IMG/VR virus record: IMGVR_UViG_3300002092_000025
Source: a virus
Reading direction: 5' to 3' (one strand)
Length of the DNA stretch: 64,000 nucleotides
The position numbers and the translations under genes were made by a program. Below the pieces are notes generated by a model, which ran no database searches, was not told where the DNA came from, and saw only the letters and a program-made list of their open reading frames with translations. Positions 1 through 11,698 of this stretch are shown piece after piece. How positions within the stretch are numbered: the stretch's first letter is position 1; every line of letters starts with the position of its first letter.

Positions 1-2472
<2,472 letters not shown>

Positions 2473-2500
2473 GATGAAATCCAATTAGTTTGCTAAAACA

Positions 2501-2522
2501 TATTTATCTATAGCAATAAATA
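2501..2522. promoter_or_regulatory. Back-to-back late-promoter motifs (ATAAATA; minus 2501-2507, plus 2516-2522)
   Basis: They match the core of the T4 gp55-dependent TATAAATA promoter and lie between divergent structural genes. Confidence 0.7.
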
Positions 2523-2530
2523 CATCAGCC

Positions 2531-4048
2531 ATGCCAAGACTCAGTTTATACAAGCCCGAAAAAGGCAACGACTATAAGTTCATAGATAAACAAATCTACG
2601 AGATGTTTCAGATTGGGGGTACTGATGTTTTTGTACATAAGTACCTCGGACCTGCCGATCCTGGTGATCCCAATCGAGCAACTAGCCCTTCTACTATTCA
2701 AGATGTATTATTTTTAGAAAATCGTGATAGAAAATATGATTCATCTATATATATCATGAGAGGAGTGTATAATGTACAAGATATTGACTTTAATCTAAGT
2801 CAATTTGGTTTATTTCTACAGAATGATACGATTTTTATGACTGTGCATATAAACAATACAGTTGATACATTGGGACGTAAAATCATGAGCGGTGATGTTT
2901 TAGAACTTCCACATCTTAAAGATGACTTTGCTCTTAACGATTATACTATAGCTCTAAAGAGATTTTATGTAGTAGAAGATATAAATCGTGCTGCTGAAGG
3001 TTTTAGTATAACATGGTATCCCCATCTGTATAGGTTAAAACTTAAACCTATAATAGATAGCCAAGAATTTAAAGATATCTTAGATCTTCCGCAAGACATG
3101 GAAACATATAGCGGAGTATGGACCGATGCTACTCAGTACTACGAAGGTCAAACTGTAAAATATAACGGAAAATTATATCAAGTTATAGCAGACGCATATA
3201 GCGTCGTTCCTCCTAATAGTGATTTTTACAAAGATATAACCGATGGCGGTATGTTACGAGATGTTATGAGCACATACCTAAAAGAAAAACAAGCGAACGA
3301 CGGTGTGTTGGCGGAAGCCGAAGCTGCTGCTCCAATGAGCGGGTATGATACTAGAAATTTCTATACACTACAAGTTGATGCAAACGGTAATGCTCAACTA
3401 GCAACTGTTGATGATCCAAATATTAATGCTAGCTCATCTACTTCGGCTTCTACTACTACTCCAACGCCAACTAAAGAAGGATATCAGGGATATTTAATTG
3501 GAGCAGGAATTCCTCCAAACGGTGCTCCATACGGATTTGGTATACAGTTTCCATTCTTACCAGCTGAGGGTGAATATTTCTTAAGAACTGATTATCTACC
3601 AAATAGACTTTTTCGATTTGATGGTAAAAGATGGGTTAAATTTGAAGATGCTGTTAGAATGATTAAAACTAATACTGATAATAGAGAGATTCAAAAGACT
3701 AATTTTGTTAATAACACAGCATACAGCGGTATTAATTCTCTCTACACAGACACGTTTATTATTAGTAATCCTATGGTATTCCGTCCGGCTGACCTAACTC
3801 AAGGATTAGATATAGATAACAAAAAAGTAATAACTACTATAAATTATAATAACAAATATGGTGTAGAAGTATTTGTTAATGATCAAGTTATGCCTGTTTC
3901 TCAAGTTTATAACGATAGTGGTAAACTAGCGTTTATAACATTATATAAATTACTAGTTAGTAGCAGAGTTACTTGGACTATATATGCTGAACAAGTACAA
4001 CAGAGAGTTGCTCTAAGTAAAGTTTTAAGACCGACTGCAGATCTTTAA
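2531..4048 (+). CDS. gp14: Neck/head-closure protein, gp14-like, with an inserted CBM-like module
   Basis: N-terminus MPRLSLYKPEKGNDYKFIDKQIYEMFQIGGTDV and the WYPHLYRLKLKP segment recall T4-like neck proteins. It lies directly upstream of gp15. Confidence 0.65.
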   Translation: MPRLSLYKPEKGNDYKFIDKQIYEMFQIGGTDVFVHKYLGPADPGDPNRATSPSTIQDVLFLENRDRKYDSSIYIMRGVYNVQDIDFNLSQFGLFLQNDTIFMTVHINNTVDTLGRKIMSGDVLELPHLKDDFALNDYTIALKRFYVVEDINRAAEGFSITWYPHLYRLKLKPIIDSQEFKDILDLPQDMETYSGVWTDATQYYEGQTVKYNGKLYQVIADAYSVVPPNSDFYKDITDGGMLRDVMSTYLKEKQANDGVLAEAEAAAPMSGYDTRNFYTLQVDANGNAQLATVDDPNINASSSTSASTTTPTPTKEGYQGYLIGAGIPPNGAPYGFGIQFPFLPAEGEYFLRTDYLPNRLFRFDGKRWVKFEDAVRMIKTNTDNREIQKTNFVNNTAYSGINSLYTDTFIISNPMVFRPADLTQGLDIDNKKVITTINYNNKYGVEVFVNDQVMPVSQVYNDSGKLAFITLYKLLVSSRVTWTIYAEQVQQRVALSKVLRPTADL

Positions 4049-4057
4049 GGAGAAACG

Positions 4058-5554
4058 GTGCAATATTTTTATGACGCTCAAATTAGAAGATACTTAGCAC
4101 AATTAATCCGTATGTTAAGCGGTTTTAAGGTACAATCAGCTGATGGTACTGAAAAAGTTGTTCCTGTCATGTATGGGGATTTATCTAGACAAGTAGCAAA
4201 CGTATTACGAGATAATTCTGAAAATAAAATTCCAAGCGCACCCAGGATCTCTGTGTATATCTCTGATCTAAAATTAGATACTTCTCGGTTAGCTGATGCT
4301 AGCTATATCAATAAAATTAATATTAGAGAACGTGCGATTGATCCTGCTACTAATACATATACAAATACACAAGGACAGAACTATACTGTTGAGCGTTTAA
4401 TGCCAACGCCATATAAACTAGCGATAAAAGCAGACATATGGACTACTAATACTGAACAAAAATTACAGATATTAGAACAGATACTGATACTTTTTAATCC
4501 TAGTTTTGAAATACAGACTACTGACAATTATATAGATTGGACTAGTTTAACTGCTATCTATCTCGATGATATTACATTTAGTAATAGATCTATTCCAGTA
4601 GGTACTGAGAGTGATATTGATGTTGCAACTATTGGATTAGATACTCCGATATGGTTAACACCTCCAGGTAAACTAAAACGCCTCGGGGTTATCCAGACTA
4701 TTATTTCTAACATCTTTACAGAAACTGGCGAATTATCGAGTGAGTTTATTTACGGAGAATCAAATAGTACTGTTTATGTTTCACCAGGAAACTACGGTGT
4801 TTTAGTTTTAGCTAATAAGATGTGGCTAGTTCCAGATGGTGGTGCAGTTGTTGATGAAACAAATACTAGTGTACCTGTAAAATATACTATGGATGTAAAT
4901 TGGTTTAAACTATTGGATCAATACGGACAATTCCGTGCAGGTGGTAGTAGGATTTATCTAACTAAAATCGACGGCACAGAAATAGTAGGAACTGGTGCAG
5001 TTGATATAACAAATGAGGCTGTCATGTTAGTTAGCTGGGACCCTGATACATTTCCAACTAATACGATTGTTCAGGGAAGAGGAACTATAGATGCCATAGT
5101 TGATCCACAAACTTATAAACCAACTAATGTATTAAATGGTATAAGATATTTAATATTAAATGATATTGGTATTAATAATGTAGATGTTTGGGATAATACA
5201 GTTAAGTACAATGTAGATCAACTAGTCACATATCAAGGAAAATTGTATAAAGTTATACAATATGCTGTTAGCAAACAACCAACTGATATAAATTTCTTCC
5301 AAGATGTTACTAATAGTCATTATGGCCCAACTGCTTGGAAAAACACCGATCAATCTAATTTCATAGCAAAAGCAAACGACATTATAGCATGGGATGGAAA
5401 TAATTGGTCAGTAGTATTTCCAGCTAGTACAGTTTCTGATATAGTTTACATTACTAATCTCAAAACTAATATACAATATAAATGGGATGGTGAGTATTGG
5501 ACTAAGAGTTTTGATGGTGAATATATGGCCGGAAGGTGGCGTATCGCGTTGTGA
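4058..5554 (+). CDS. gp15: Tail sheath stabiliser/terminator, gp15-like, with C-terminal extension
   Basis: MQYFYDAQIRRYLAQLIRMLSGF...VPVMYGD...PRISVYI...MPTPYKL...LQILEQILILFNP are gp15-family motifs. AAGGAG Shine-Dalgarno; GTG start. Confidence 0.8.
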   Translation: MQYFYDAQIRRYLAQLIRMLSGFKVQSADGTEKVVPVMYGDLSRQVANVLRDNSENKIPSAPRISVYISDLKLDTSRLADASYINKINIRERAIDPATNTYTNTQGQNYTVERLMPTPYKLAIKADIWTTNTEQKLQILEQILILFNPSFEIQTTDNYIDWTSLTAIYLDDITFSNRSIPVGTESDIDVATIGLDTPIWLTPPGKLKRLGVIQTIISNIFTETGELSSEFIYGESNSTVYVSPGNYGVLVLANKMWLVPDGGAVVDETNTSVPVKYTMDVNWFKLLDQYGQFRAGGSRIYLTKIDGTEIVGTGAVDITNEAVMLVSWDPDTFPTNTIVQGRGTIDAIVDPQTYKPTNVLNGIRYLILNDIGINNVDVWDNTVKYNVDQLVTYQGKLYKVIQYAVSKQPTDINFFQDVTNSHYGPTAWKNTDQSNFIAKANDIIAWDGNNWSVVFPASTVSDIVYITNLKTNIQYKWDGEYWTKSFDGEYMAGRWRIAL

Positions 5555-6009
5555 TTAGAAAAATTAATAGCAGTGGTGCTTTTTTCTTAAGCAAAGACAC
5601 TAAGCGTTTTTTATTATTACAAAAATCTTCAGGTAAAAAAGAAAACACCTGGGGATTAGTAGGTGGAAAATCTGAGCCAAACGAATCAGCATGGCAAGGA
5701 CTACAAAGAGAAATCGTAGAAGAAATTGGATTTTTTCCGGAAGTTATTAAAACTATACCATTAGAAACATTTGTTAGTGACGATCATCAGTTTAATTTTC
5801 AAACTTATATCTGTATAATACAGGATGAATTTATTCCTAAACTAAGCAAAGAGCATCGCGGATGGGCATGGTGTGAATTAGATAATTGGCCAAAACCAGT
5901 ACATCAAGGTATTAAGAATACTGTTGGAAGTAAAATAACTCGTGTTAAGATAGAAACTATTTTTGATCTTTTAGATTTGATTTCTAATGAATTACCAAGT
6001 TCCGGTTGA
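5536..6009 (+). CDS. Nudix hydrolase
   Basis: Perfect Nudix box GX5EX7REUXEEXG: GKSEPNESAWQGLQREIVEEIG. Confidence 0.9.
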   Translation: MAYRVVIRKINSSGAFFLSKDTKRFLLLQKSSGKKENTWGLVGGKSEPNESAWQGLQREIVEEIGFFPEVIKTIPLETFVSDDHQFNFQTYICIIQDEFIPKLSKEHRGWAWCELDNWPKPVHQGIKNTVGSKITRVKIETIFDLLDLISNELPSSG

Positions 6010-6714
6010 AGCCCAGGGTGTTTTAACCCAAATATCAGACAATCCGTCTGTATAATTTGTCGTACAATAATATAGATTATCTTCATCAGCTGCCATCATA
6101 CCTGCTTTATCACCGGATAATCCTTTTGACGTAGTTGGTATCCTAGTATTAATTATATGATCGTCAACGAATTTTTTGTTTGGAATATCGTCATCATCGG
6201 TAACATGTGTTTCGTAATTTTCAGTACCAGTAACTGATATAGTAGTTTGTCCAGTGTTAATAATTAACTGACTTTTTGATGCTAAACTATTACCGGTACC
6301 TGTATCAATATAATTTGTACGTATTCCGGATATAGTTCCAAATCCTTCCGAGTACTGAGCTTTAAATATAAATGTCCCGGGTCTTGTACTTCGATTAACT
6401 GGATCAAATCTATTAAGTGTTTCATCCCAGAGTAGTTGGGCTTGCCCTTGTACTGCTCCTGATCCTCTATCTATAACAAATCCACTACTTCCAGTGCCTT
6501 GTCCTACACCTGGTCCAGTTTCTCCTGAATTTAATACGATAATATTATCTTTAACGATTAAATCTATAGTACCTACATTTGTAGTTGTACCTGATATTAT
6601 TAAATTTCCAGTTATATAGACATTACCAGAAGTTGATGTAGTGTCAAGGGTGATACTACCACCCTTGGCTACTATTTTATAATTACCGTCAACTTTTATA
6701 ACATTACTTGCCAT
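5992..6714 (-). CDS. Putative virion fibre/appendage protein
   Basis: Beta-rich, Gly/Thr-rich sequence (GNVYITGNLIISGTTT...KDNIIVLNSGE) with a C-terminal GDKAGMMAADEDNLYYC module. It lies downstream of the capsid region. Confidence 0.55.
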   Translation of the reverse strand: MASNVIKVDGNYKIVAKGGSITLDTTSTSGNVYITGNLIISGTTTNVGTIDLIVKDNIIVLNSGETGPGVGQGTGSSGFVIDRGSGAVQGQAQLLWDETLNRFDPVNRSTRPGTFIFKAQYSEGFGTISGIRTNYIDTGTGNSLASKSQLIINTGQTTISVTGTENYETHVTDDDDIPNKKFVDDHIINTRIPTTSKGLSGDKAGMMAADEDNLYYCTTNYTDGLSDIWVKTPWASTGTW

Positions 6715-6721
6715 TTATAAC

Positions 6722-7261
6722 TTACTGATTACCTGTTACTGGTGTTAATAGAATGTAGTCAGCTGTACTATCGTTAACTAGTACCCAAGTATAAACATTT
6801 CCACTCCAGTCTGTTGCTGTACGCTTTTTTAGATTGCGTAGAGCGATTGGAGTTGCATGGCCTGACGTTGTATATCCAACGATACGCATTTCACCGCTCG
6901 CTGATGGAGTACCACTAACTAGTTTAGCTGTTCTAACTTCGTTTGCGACGCCGTTTACTGGACTATTACAAGTTGCACTGCAAGTAAACAATGTACCAAC
7001 AGCATACTTAACAGGAGCACCGACTTGATGCCAATCTGTTGTATCTAATGTTTTAATAACGTATTGAGTACCAACAACTAGATCTTCATCGTTAACAGTT
7101 GATAGATCAACAACTTTATATCTACGTGAACCTACTTGTTTTAGAATATATACATCTGTTTGATTTGAACCAAAATATGCTTCACAACGTATACCTGAAT
7201 TACTAGCGTATGTACCAAATACTTCTGTACCTGCTACGTCTCTTCTTAACGGACGACCCAT
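6722..7261 (-). CDS. Putative virion (head decoration-like) protein
   Basis: Strong AAAGGAG Shine-Dalgarno and a late motif at 7331-7337. Internal module VGTQYVIKTLDTTDWHQVGA. Confidence 0.6.
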   Translation of the reverse strand: MGRPLRRDVAGTEVFGTYASNSGIRCEAYFGSNQTDVYILKQVGSRRYKVVDLSTVNDEDLVVGTQYVIKTLDTTDWHQVGAPVKYAVGTLFTCSATCNSPVNGVANEVRTAKLVSGTPSASGEMRIVGYTTSGHATPIALRNLKKRTATDWSGNVYTWVLVNDSTADYILLTPVTGNQ

Positions 7262-7280
7262 TTTTTTCTCCTTTAATTTT

Positions 7281-7314
7281 ACCGTTCTAGGGCTACGAGG
7301 TTGGGTTCCCCATA
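7281..7314 (-). promoter_or_regulatory. Two adjacent hairpins in the 5' UTR, just upstream of the Shine-Dalgarno
   Basis: Minus strand reads TATGGGG-AACCCAA-CCTCGTA, then GCC-CTAGAAC-GGT, then AAAATTAAAGGAG. Confidence 0.45.
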
Positions 7315-7330
7315 AACCAAATTAGTACAG

Positions 7331-7337
7331 TATTTAT
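7331..7337 (-). promoter_or_regulatory. Late promoter motif ATAAATA
   Basis: Overlaps the stop codon of 7334..7612; about 70 nt upstream of the 7261 start. Confidence 0.65.
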
Positions 7338-7612
7338 CGTTTTGCCAAACTTGCGATAAGGTACATTTTAGAGAATGTACGTGTTATATTATTAATTTCT
7401 TTTAATTTCTCTTCTCTTAACTGTTGATGATATAGTGTTTCGTGTCTACGTAAGCTAGTATCAATAACAGCGAGTTCTTTAATTTTAATTTCTAAATTTT
7501 TACGGATGCGTAGATAGTCATTATAGAATTCGGGCATTTTGTTTATAAGCAAACGAAGATTTAATGAAACAGAATCCCAATCTTCTGGATTTTCTATTTT
7601 TAGATTTTCCAC
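7334..7612 (-). CDS. Hypothetical helical protein
   Basis: 92-aa ORF with GAGG Shine-Dalgarno and GTG start, located downstream of the gp23 terminator. Confidence 0.7.
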   Translation of the reverse strand: MENLKIENPEDWDSVSLNLRLLINKMPEFYNDYLRIRKNLEIKIKELAVIDTSLRRHETLYHQQLREEKLKEINNITRTFSKMYLIASLAKR

Positions 7613-7638
7613 GTTAACCTCTTGTTTGTTAAACTTAT

Positions 7639-7666
7639 ATATTAATATCTATTTAAATTTTGTCAA
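7639..7666 (-). promoter_or_regulatory. Possible sigma70-type promoter
   Basis: Minus strand TTGACA (7666-7661), a 16-nt spacer, then TAATAT. Confidence 0.45.
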
Positions 7667-7672
7667 GTGGTC

Positions 7673-7698
7673 AAAGAAAAGCGGGCATAACGCCCGCT
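7673..7698 (-). terminator. Rho-independent terminator after the major capsid gene
   Basis: Minus strand AGCGGGC-GTTAT-GCCCGCT followed by TTTCTTT, 23 nt after the gp23 stop. Confidence 0.85.
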
Positions 7699-7721
7699 AA
7701 ACTTTTTATTATCCTATAATA

Positions 7722-8903
7722 TTAAGAGAACTTAACATTACCGAATGTTGCATTTAGACCAACCTTACCTAGGTAGTCAGCTGCGTTACCGAGCGATGAA
7801 GCTGCATTGCTGAGTTCAACGTAACCATAACGTGTCATGAAGCTAACAACTGGTTCGAAAGTTGCTGGATCAAGTACAACACCGCTTGACATTAGAGGAA
7901 TGTATGGGCAGTAGAACGCAGGAGCGTCTGATTCACTTGAACCTTTATATCCGATTAGGATGTCTGTTGCATCATTAGCATAAGCATTTACATAGATACG
8001 CATTGCACTGTTTAGAGTACCAACGAACTTAGTGTTAGTTGGAGCTTCAAATGTGCCTTCAGTTGTACGAGCAAAAGCTGAAGTAGTAGCTGACTGTAGG
8101 ATTGTTAGCGCGAATGGGCTAACAACTGCCCAGTTACCAGCACCACGACGTGTACGCTGTGCGATCAAGTTAGCAACACGATTGATCTGAACAGCTAGAG
8201 CAGCATGTTCGTCACCAACGAATGTTGCAGTACCGGAAACAGCAGCCTGATCGTAATCAAGAACAGCTGAACCAGCTAGTGAGCTTAGGCTTGCTAGGAT
8301 TTCCTGATCAATTTCTGCAGTAATTTCTTGTGCGAGTGCTGCCATAATTTCTGCTTCGATATCGATACCTTGCTGTGCTTGAGCATCTTGAGCAGCTTCA
8401 AATGTCCAACGAGCTGATAGCTTGCGAGTCTTCGCTTCAACTACCTGCTTGAGGATCTGAATGCTCATTTTGTTTCCAGCGCGACCTTCGAGTGCAGCAG
8501 TTGAAGTGCCACCTGGAGTAGTGCTGTTATTACCTGAGTAAGCAGCAGCAATACGGAATGGGCTTAGTGCTTCTTCGCCTGCTGATACTGTTTCACCACT
8601 TGTTACGCTATCGGAATAACGCACACGTAGAGTATGGATTTGTCCTACTGGACCAGTCATTGGCTGAACGCCAACTAGTTCGTTTGCAATAACTGTCGGC
8701 ATAACACGACGAATTACTGGAAGAATGACACGATTAAGTGTTGCAACGTTACCGGCAGATGTGGCACCAGCAGTAGCGGATTCTACGAGATGCTTACGTG
8801 TGTTCTCGAGAGTAACGCCCATTACTGTACGCTTGTTACCTTGAAGGCCTTCTAAGAGTGCCTCTTTTGTATCGTGCCAGCGGCTTTCTAATAGTTCTGA
8901 CAT
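7722..8903 (-). CDS. gp23: Major capsid protein
   Basis: T4 gp23 motifs: RRVMPTVIANELVGVQPMTGPVGQIHTLR, KTRKLSARWTFEAAQD, EITAEIDQE, FYCPYIPL, FEPVVSFMTRYG. Confidence 0.97.
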   Translation of the reverse strand: MSELLESRWHDTKEALLEGLQGNKRTVMGVTLENTRKHLVESATAGATSAGNVATLNRVILPVIRRVMPTVIANELVGVQPMTGPVGQIHTLRVRYSDSVTSGETVSAGEEALSPFRIAAAYSGNNSTTPGGTSTAALEGRAGNKMSIQILKQVVEAKTRKLSARWTFEAAQDAQAQQGIDIEAEIMAALAQEITAEIDQEILASLSSLAGSAVLDYDQAAVSGTATFVGDEHAALAVQINRVANLIAQRTRRGAGNWAVVSPFALTILQSATTSAFARTTEGTFEAPTNTKFVGTLNSAMRIYVNAYANDATDILIGYKGSSESDAPAFYCPYIPLMSSGVVLDPATFEPVVSFMTRYGYVELSNAASSLGNAADYLGKVGLNATFGNVKFS

Positions 8904-8916
8904 AGCTTAAAACTCC

Positions 8917-9996
8917 TTATTTTAATCCCGCTAGTCTACGGATGTCTACAATATTGTTGCTTACAACATTGTTTGTTTGTTCTTTATTGCCTGTTACTGC
9001 TTTTGCCTCTACTAGTGCCTGCTTGGTTGCGGTACCATCTGACATAACTGCCGGTAGATACTTGTCGTATGCTTTACGAAGGTTCGCAGTGCTGACACTT
9101 TCTAGAAGCTCATTCATAACTGCTTTCTTGTCTTTGCCGAGTGGAGCAAGTAGTTCTGACATAACTTCTCTACGTGTTCCTATATCACGAATCTTTGCGA
9201 TTTCGCGTTCTTTACTCTCGACAATCTTTGCTTTTTCAGCGATCTTAGCTTTTGTTACTGACAGTTCACGTTCCTTATTTTCAAGGACCTTAAACATTTT
9301 AGCAACTTCGCTCTTTTCGTTGAGATAGCTGTGGGTATATTCCGAAGCAAACGCTTCGAAGATTCTGCGACCAAAGTCATTACGTCTTGCTGAAGAAATA
9401 TCTTCTTTCAACTGTGCCATCTCTTTAGTAATTGTTTTTACAACAACACCTTCTACCATCTTAGCAGACTTCTGAATGAAATGAGCTTTAACTGTGTCAA
9501 GTTGTGCTTTCGCTTCCTTAACTAGTTTAACTTTAGTTTCAACAACTTCTTGCTTGTCTTTATAGAATTCTGAGATTTCTTTTGCTAGTTGAGTTACAAC
9601 AAACTCTTCTAACTTAGAAAAATTGCTAGACATCTTTTTGTGATCTTCATGGAGTTCGACTAGTTCGTTCTTTAGCTGACTGAACACAAAGTTCTGTAGC
9701 TTCGAAGCGTCTTCGTTCATTTTTCTTGCATATCTGATTTTAGCTTCAGATAACTGCTTCTTGTCTTCGACAAATTCAGCAATTTCGCTTGTTAGACGAT
9801 CAGTTAGCATTTGATCAAGTGATTCGACCATCTGGCTCTTTTCGTGTTCAAACTTTTGTGCAAATTCTTCACGTAGTTCAGCGGTAACTTGTTCGCGGTT
9901 TTCTTGGATTCTTTTGTTCCAAGCACCTTCGATTTCCGTCTTAATCTCTTCGGAAACCACATTGTTCTCAAATAATTGTTTTAGTACATCCAACAT
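8917..9996 (-). CDS. gp22: Prohead core scaffolding protein
   Basis: Highly charged coiled-coil protein between the protease and capsid genes. It ends in IRRLAGLK. Confidence 0.85.
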   Translation of the reverse strand: MLDVLKQLFENNVVSEEIKTEIEGAWNKRIQENREQVTAELREEFAQKFEHEKSQMVESLDQMLTDRLTSEIAEFVEDKKQLSEAKIRYARKMNEDASKLQNFVFSQLKNELVELHEDHKKMSSNFSKLEEFVVTQLAKEISEFYKDKQEVVETKVKLVKEAKAQLDTVKAHFIQKSAKMVEGVVVKTITKEMAQLKEDISSARRNDFGRRIFEAFASEYTHSYLNEKSEVAKMFKVLENKERELSVTKAKIAEKAKIVESKEREIAKIRDIGTRREVMSELLAPLGKDKKAVMNELLESVSTANLRKAYDKYLPAVMSDGTATKQALVEAKAVTGNKEQTNNVVSNNIVDIRRLAGLK

Positions 9997-10013
9997 AATG
10001 TGATTCTCCTACC

Positions 10014-10646
10014 TTATTGGAGTCCTCGTATAATATTTACGAGTTGTTCTTTTAAAAATTTCTGTGCCTTAGGGTCATGCCTTACTTCGCTTGCTATATT
10101 AAATGCCTGATTTCCACCTCTTGTATTCATAAGGTGTTCATAGATAGGAGTGGGATAAGCGCCTGGAGCAGAAGGTTGAGCGACAATGTCAACAGTTACG
10201 ATTTCAAAGTCACTTACTTGACCTGTTCCATCGTCTTTAACATTGCCGCTTCCTCTGCTACTCACGCCTAACTTTACGCCTGATTCTAACATTGTCTTCA
10301 CTAACTGTCCCATTGGAGTTGGGAGGACTTTAATCTTCCCATATCCGTTTGGACCTTCCATCCACATCTCAGTGATTAAGTGACTTACACGGTCTAAGTT
10401 GATTCTTAGATCCTGTGGATGGTCAACTTCTCCAAGTACGCTATACCCGCCACTTATTTGGTCATTAAGTGTTTTGACAGCCTTAGCGATTTCAGAGACC
10501 GGATATACTCGCTGGTTCGCGTTTCTCACGCCACCTTGTATGAAGATACCCTTCATATGCAAGCTCTTGCCGTCTTTTTCATCGCTCTCAACGACCACTT
10601 GTGCTTGGTCGAATGATAGGTGTTCTTGGAGATAGATTGGCTTCAT
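10014..10646 (-). CDS. gp21: Prohead protease
   Basis: GIFIQGGVRNANQRVYP, LGEVDHP, GVKLGVSSRGSG and VTVDIVAQPSAPGAY are gp21 family motifs. Confidence 0.95.
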   Translation of the reverse strand: MKPIYLQEHLSFDQAQVVVESDEKDGKSLHMKGIFIQGGVRNANQRVYPVSEIAKAVKTLNDQISGGYSVLGEVDHPQDLRINLDRVSHLITEMWMEGPNGYGKIKVLPTPMGQLVKTMLESGVKLGVSSRGSGNVKDDGTGQVSDFEIVTVDIVAQPSAPGAYPTPIYEHLMNTRGGNQAFNIASEVRHDPKAQKFLKEQLVNIIRGLQ

Positions 10647-10652
10647 TATTTC

Positions 10653-11663
10653 TTACTTTCCACCAATGATGCTTTTTTTATTCTGAGCATCTTCGCCGGA
10701 ACCTTTTTTCTCAGCACCGTGACCTTTTGTGTTGTTCTTGTAGAACTGCTTTACATTAGTGCCACCAACTTTGTTTACGTTGCCGGTGTTCATGTCCTGT
10801 GGCTTACCTTTAAGAAGACCAGTTCCTTTTAGTTCGCCTTGACCAGCGAAAACTTCAGTTCCTGTACCGCCTTGTGCGATATTCTTTACAGTGCCACCCA
10901 TGTCGTTCTTGCTGAACTTTAGGCTGTTCTTGTTAGTGTTGCTTGGGCTGCTGTTAGTTGCTCCAACTGGTTGTCCTTCAGTTGTACCAGCTACTTTACC
11001 GCCTTTGTAAGCTTCACCGACTTTATCAACATATTCACGCATTAGTGCTGATGGGCTAAGATCGATTGATTCGATTTCTTCTTCAAAAGGCATCATCATA
11101 CCTTCGTCTTCGTCACCCATGTCATCCATTCCTGGCTCTTCGTCAGGTAGCATACCGCCGTGGATATCTGGATTTTCTTCTTCTTCATGACGTTCTGCAT
11201 CAAGCATCTGTTGGAACATGTCTTTTAGTTCTTCAATGTCGCTCTTGAGATCCATCATGGATGGTTCTTCGCCTTCTTCATCACCAAATTCCATACCGTC
11301 GTCGTCAGTTTCACCGTCTGGACCTAATTCGTCGCCCATGTCTGATGCATCACCGTCGCCACCTACTGCGTCGTCATCTTCACCTTCGTCATCACCTTCA
11401 AAATTGAACATTTCATCCATTTCGTCGTCATCAGCTTCTGCTGATTCATCCATGTCTTCATCTTCTTCTGAGGCTTCATCCATGTCTTCATCTTCTTCTT
11501 CAGAAGCTTCATCCATATCTTCGTCTTCCATTTCTTCATCTAGTAGATTTTCGTAAATCTCACGAGATTTAGCAACTACTAACTGATGGAATAGTTCTTC
11601 TGCTTTTGCTTGCTCACCGTTTACGATGTATTCAAGCAATGATTCAAAATTCTTTGCGGCCAT
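10653..11663 (-). CDS. Very acidic prohead core/internal protein
   Basis: D/E-rich region aa ~35-200, a Gly/Lys-rich tail, position between portal and protease, and an AAGGAG Shine-Dalgarno. Confidence 0.7.
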   Translation of the reverse strand: MAAKNFESLLEYIVNGEQAKAEELFHQLVVAKSREIYENLLDEEMEDEDMDEASEEEDEDMDEASEEDEDMDESAEADDDEMDEMFNFEGDDEGEDDDAVGGDGDASDMGDELGPDGETDDDGMEFGDEEGEEPSMMDLKSDIEELKDMFQQMLDAERHEEEENPDIHGGMLPDEEPGMDDMGDEDEGMMMPFEEEIESIDLSPSALMREYVDKVGEAYKGGKVAGTTEGQPVGATNSSPSNTNKNSLKFSKNDMGGTVKNIAQGGTGTEVFAGQGELKGTGLLKGKPQDMNTGNVNKVGGTNVKQFYKNNTKGHGAEKKGSGEDAQNKKSIIGGK

Positions 11664-11698
11664 GATTGTCTCCTTCTCATGCTAAGGCTGTCAATATG

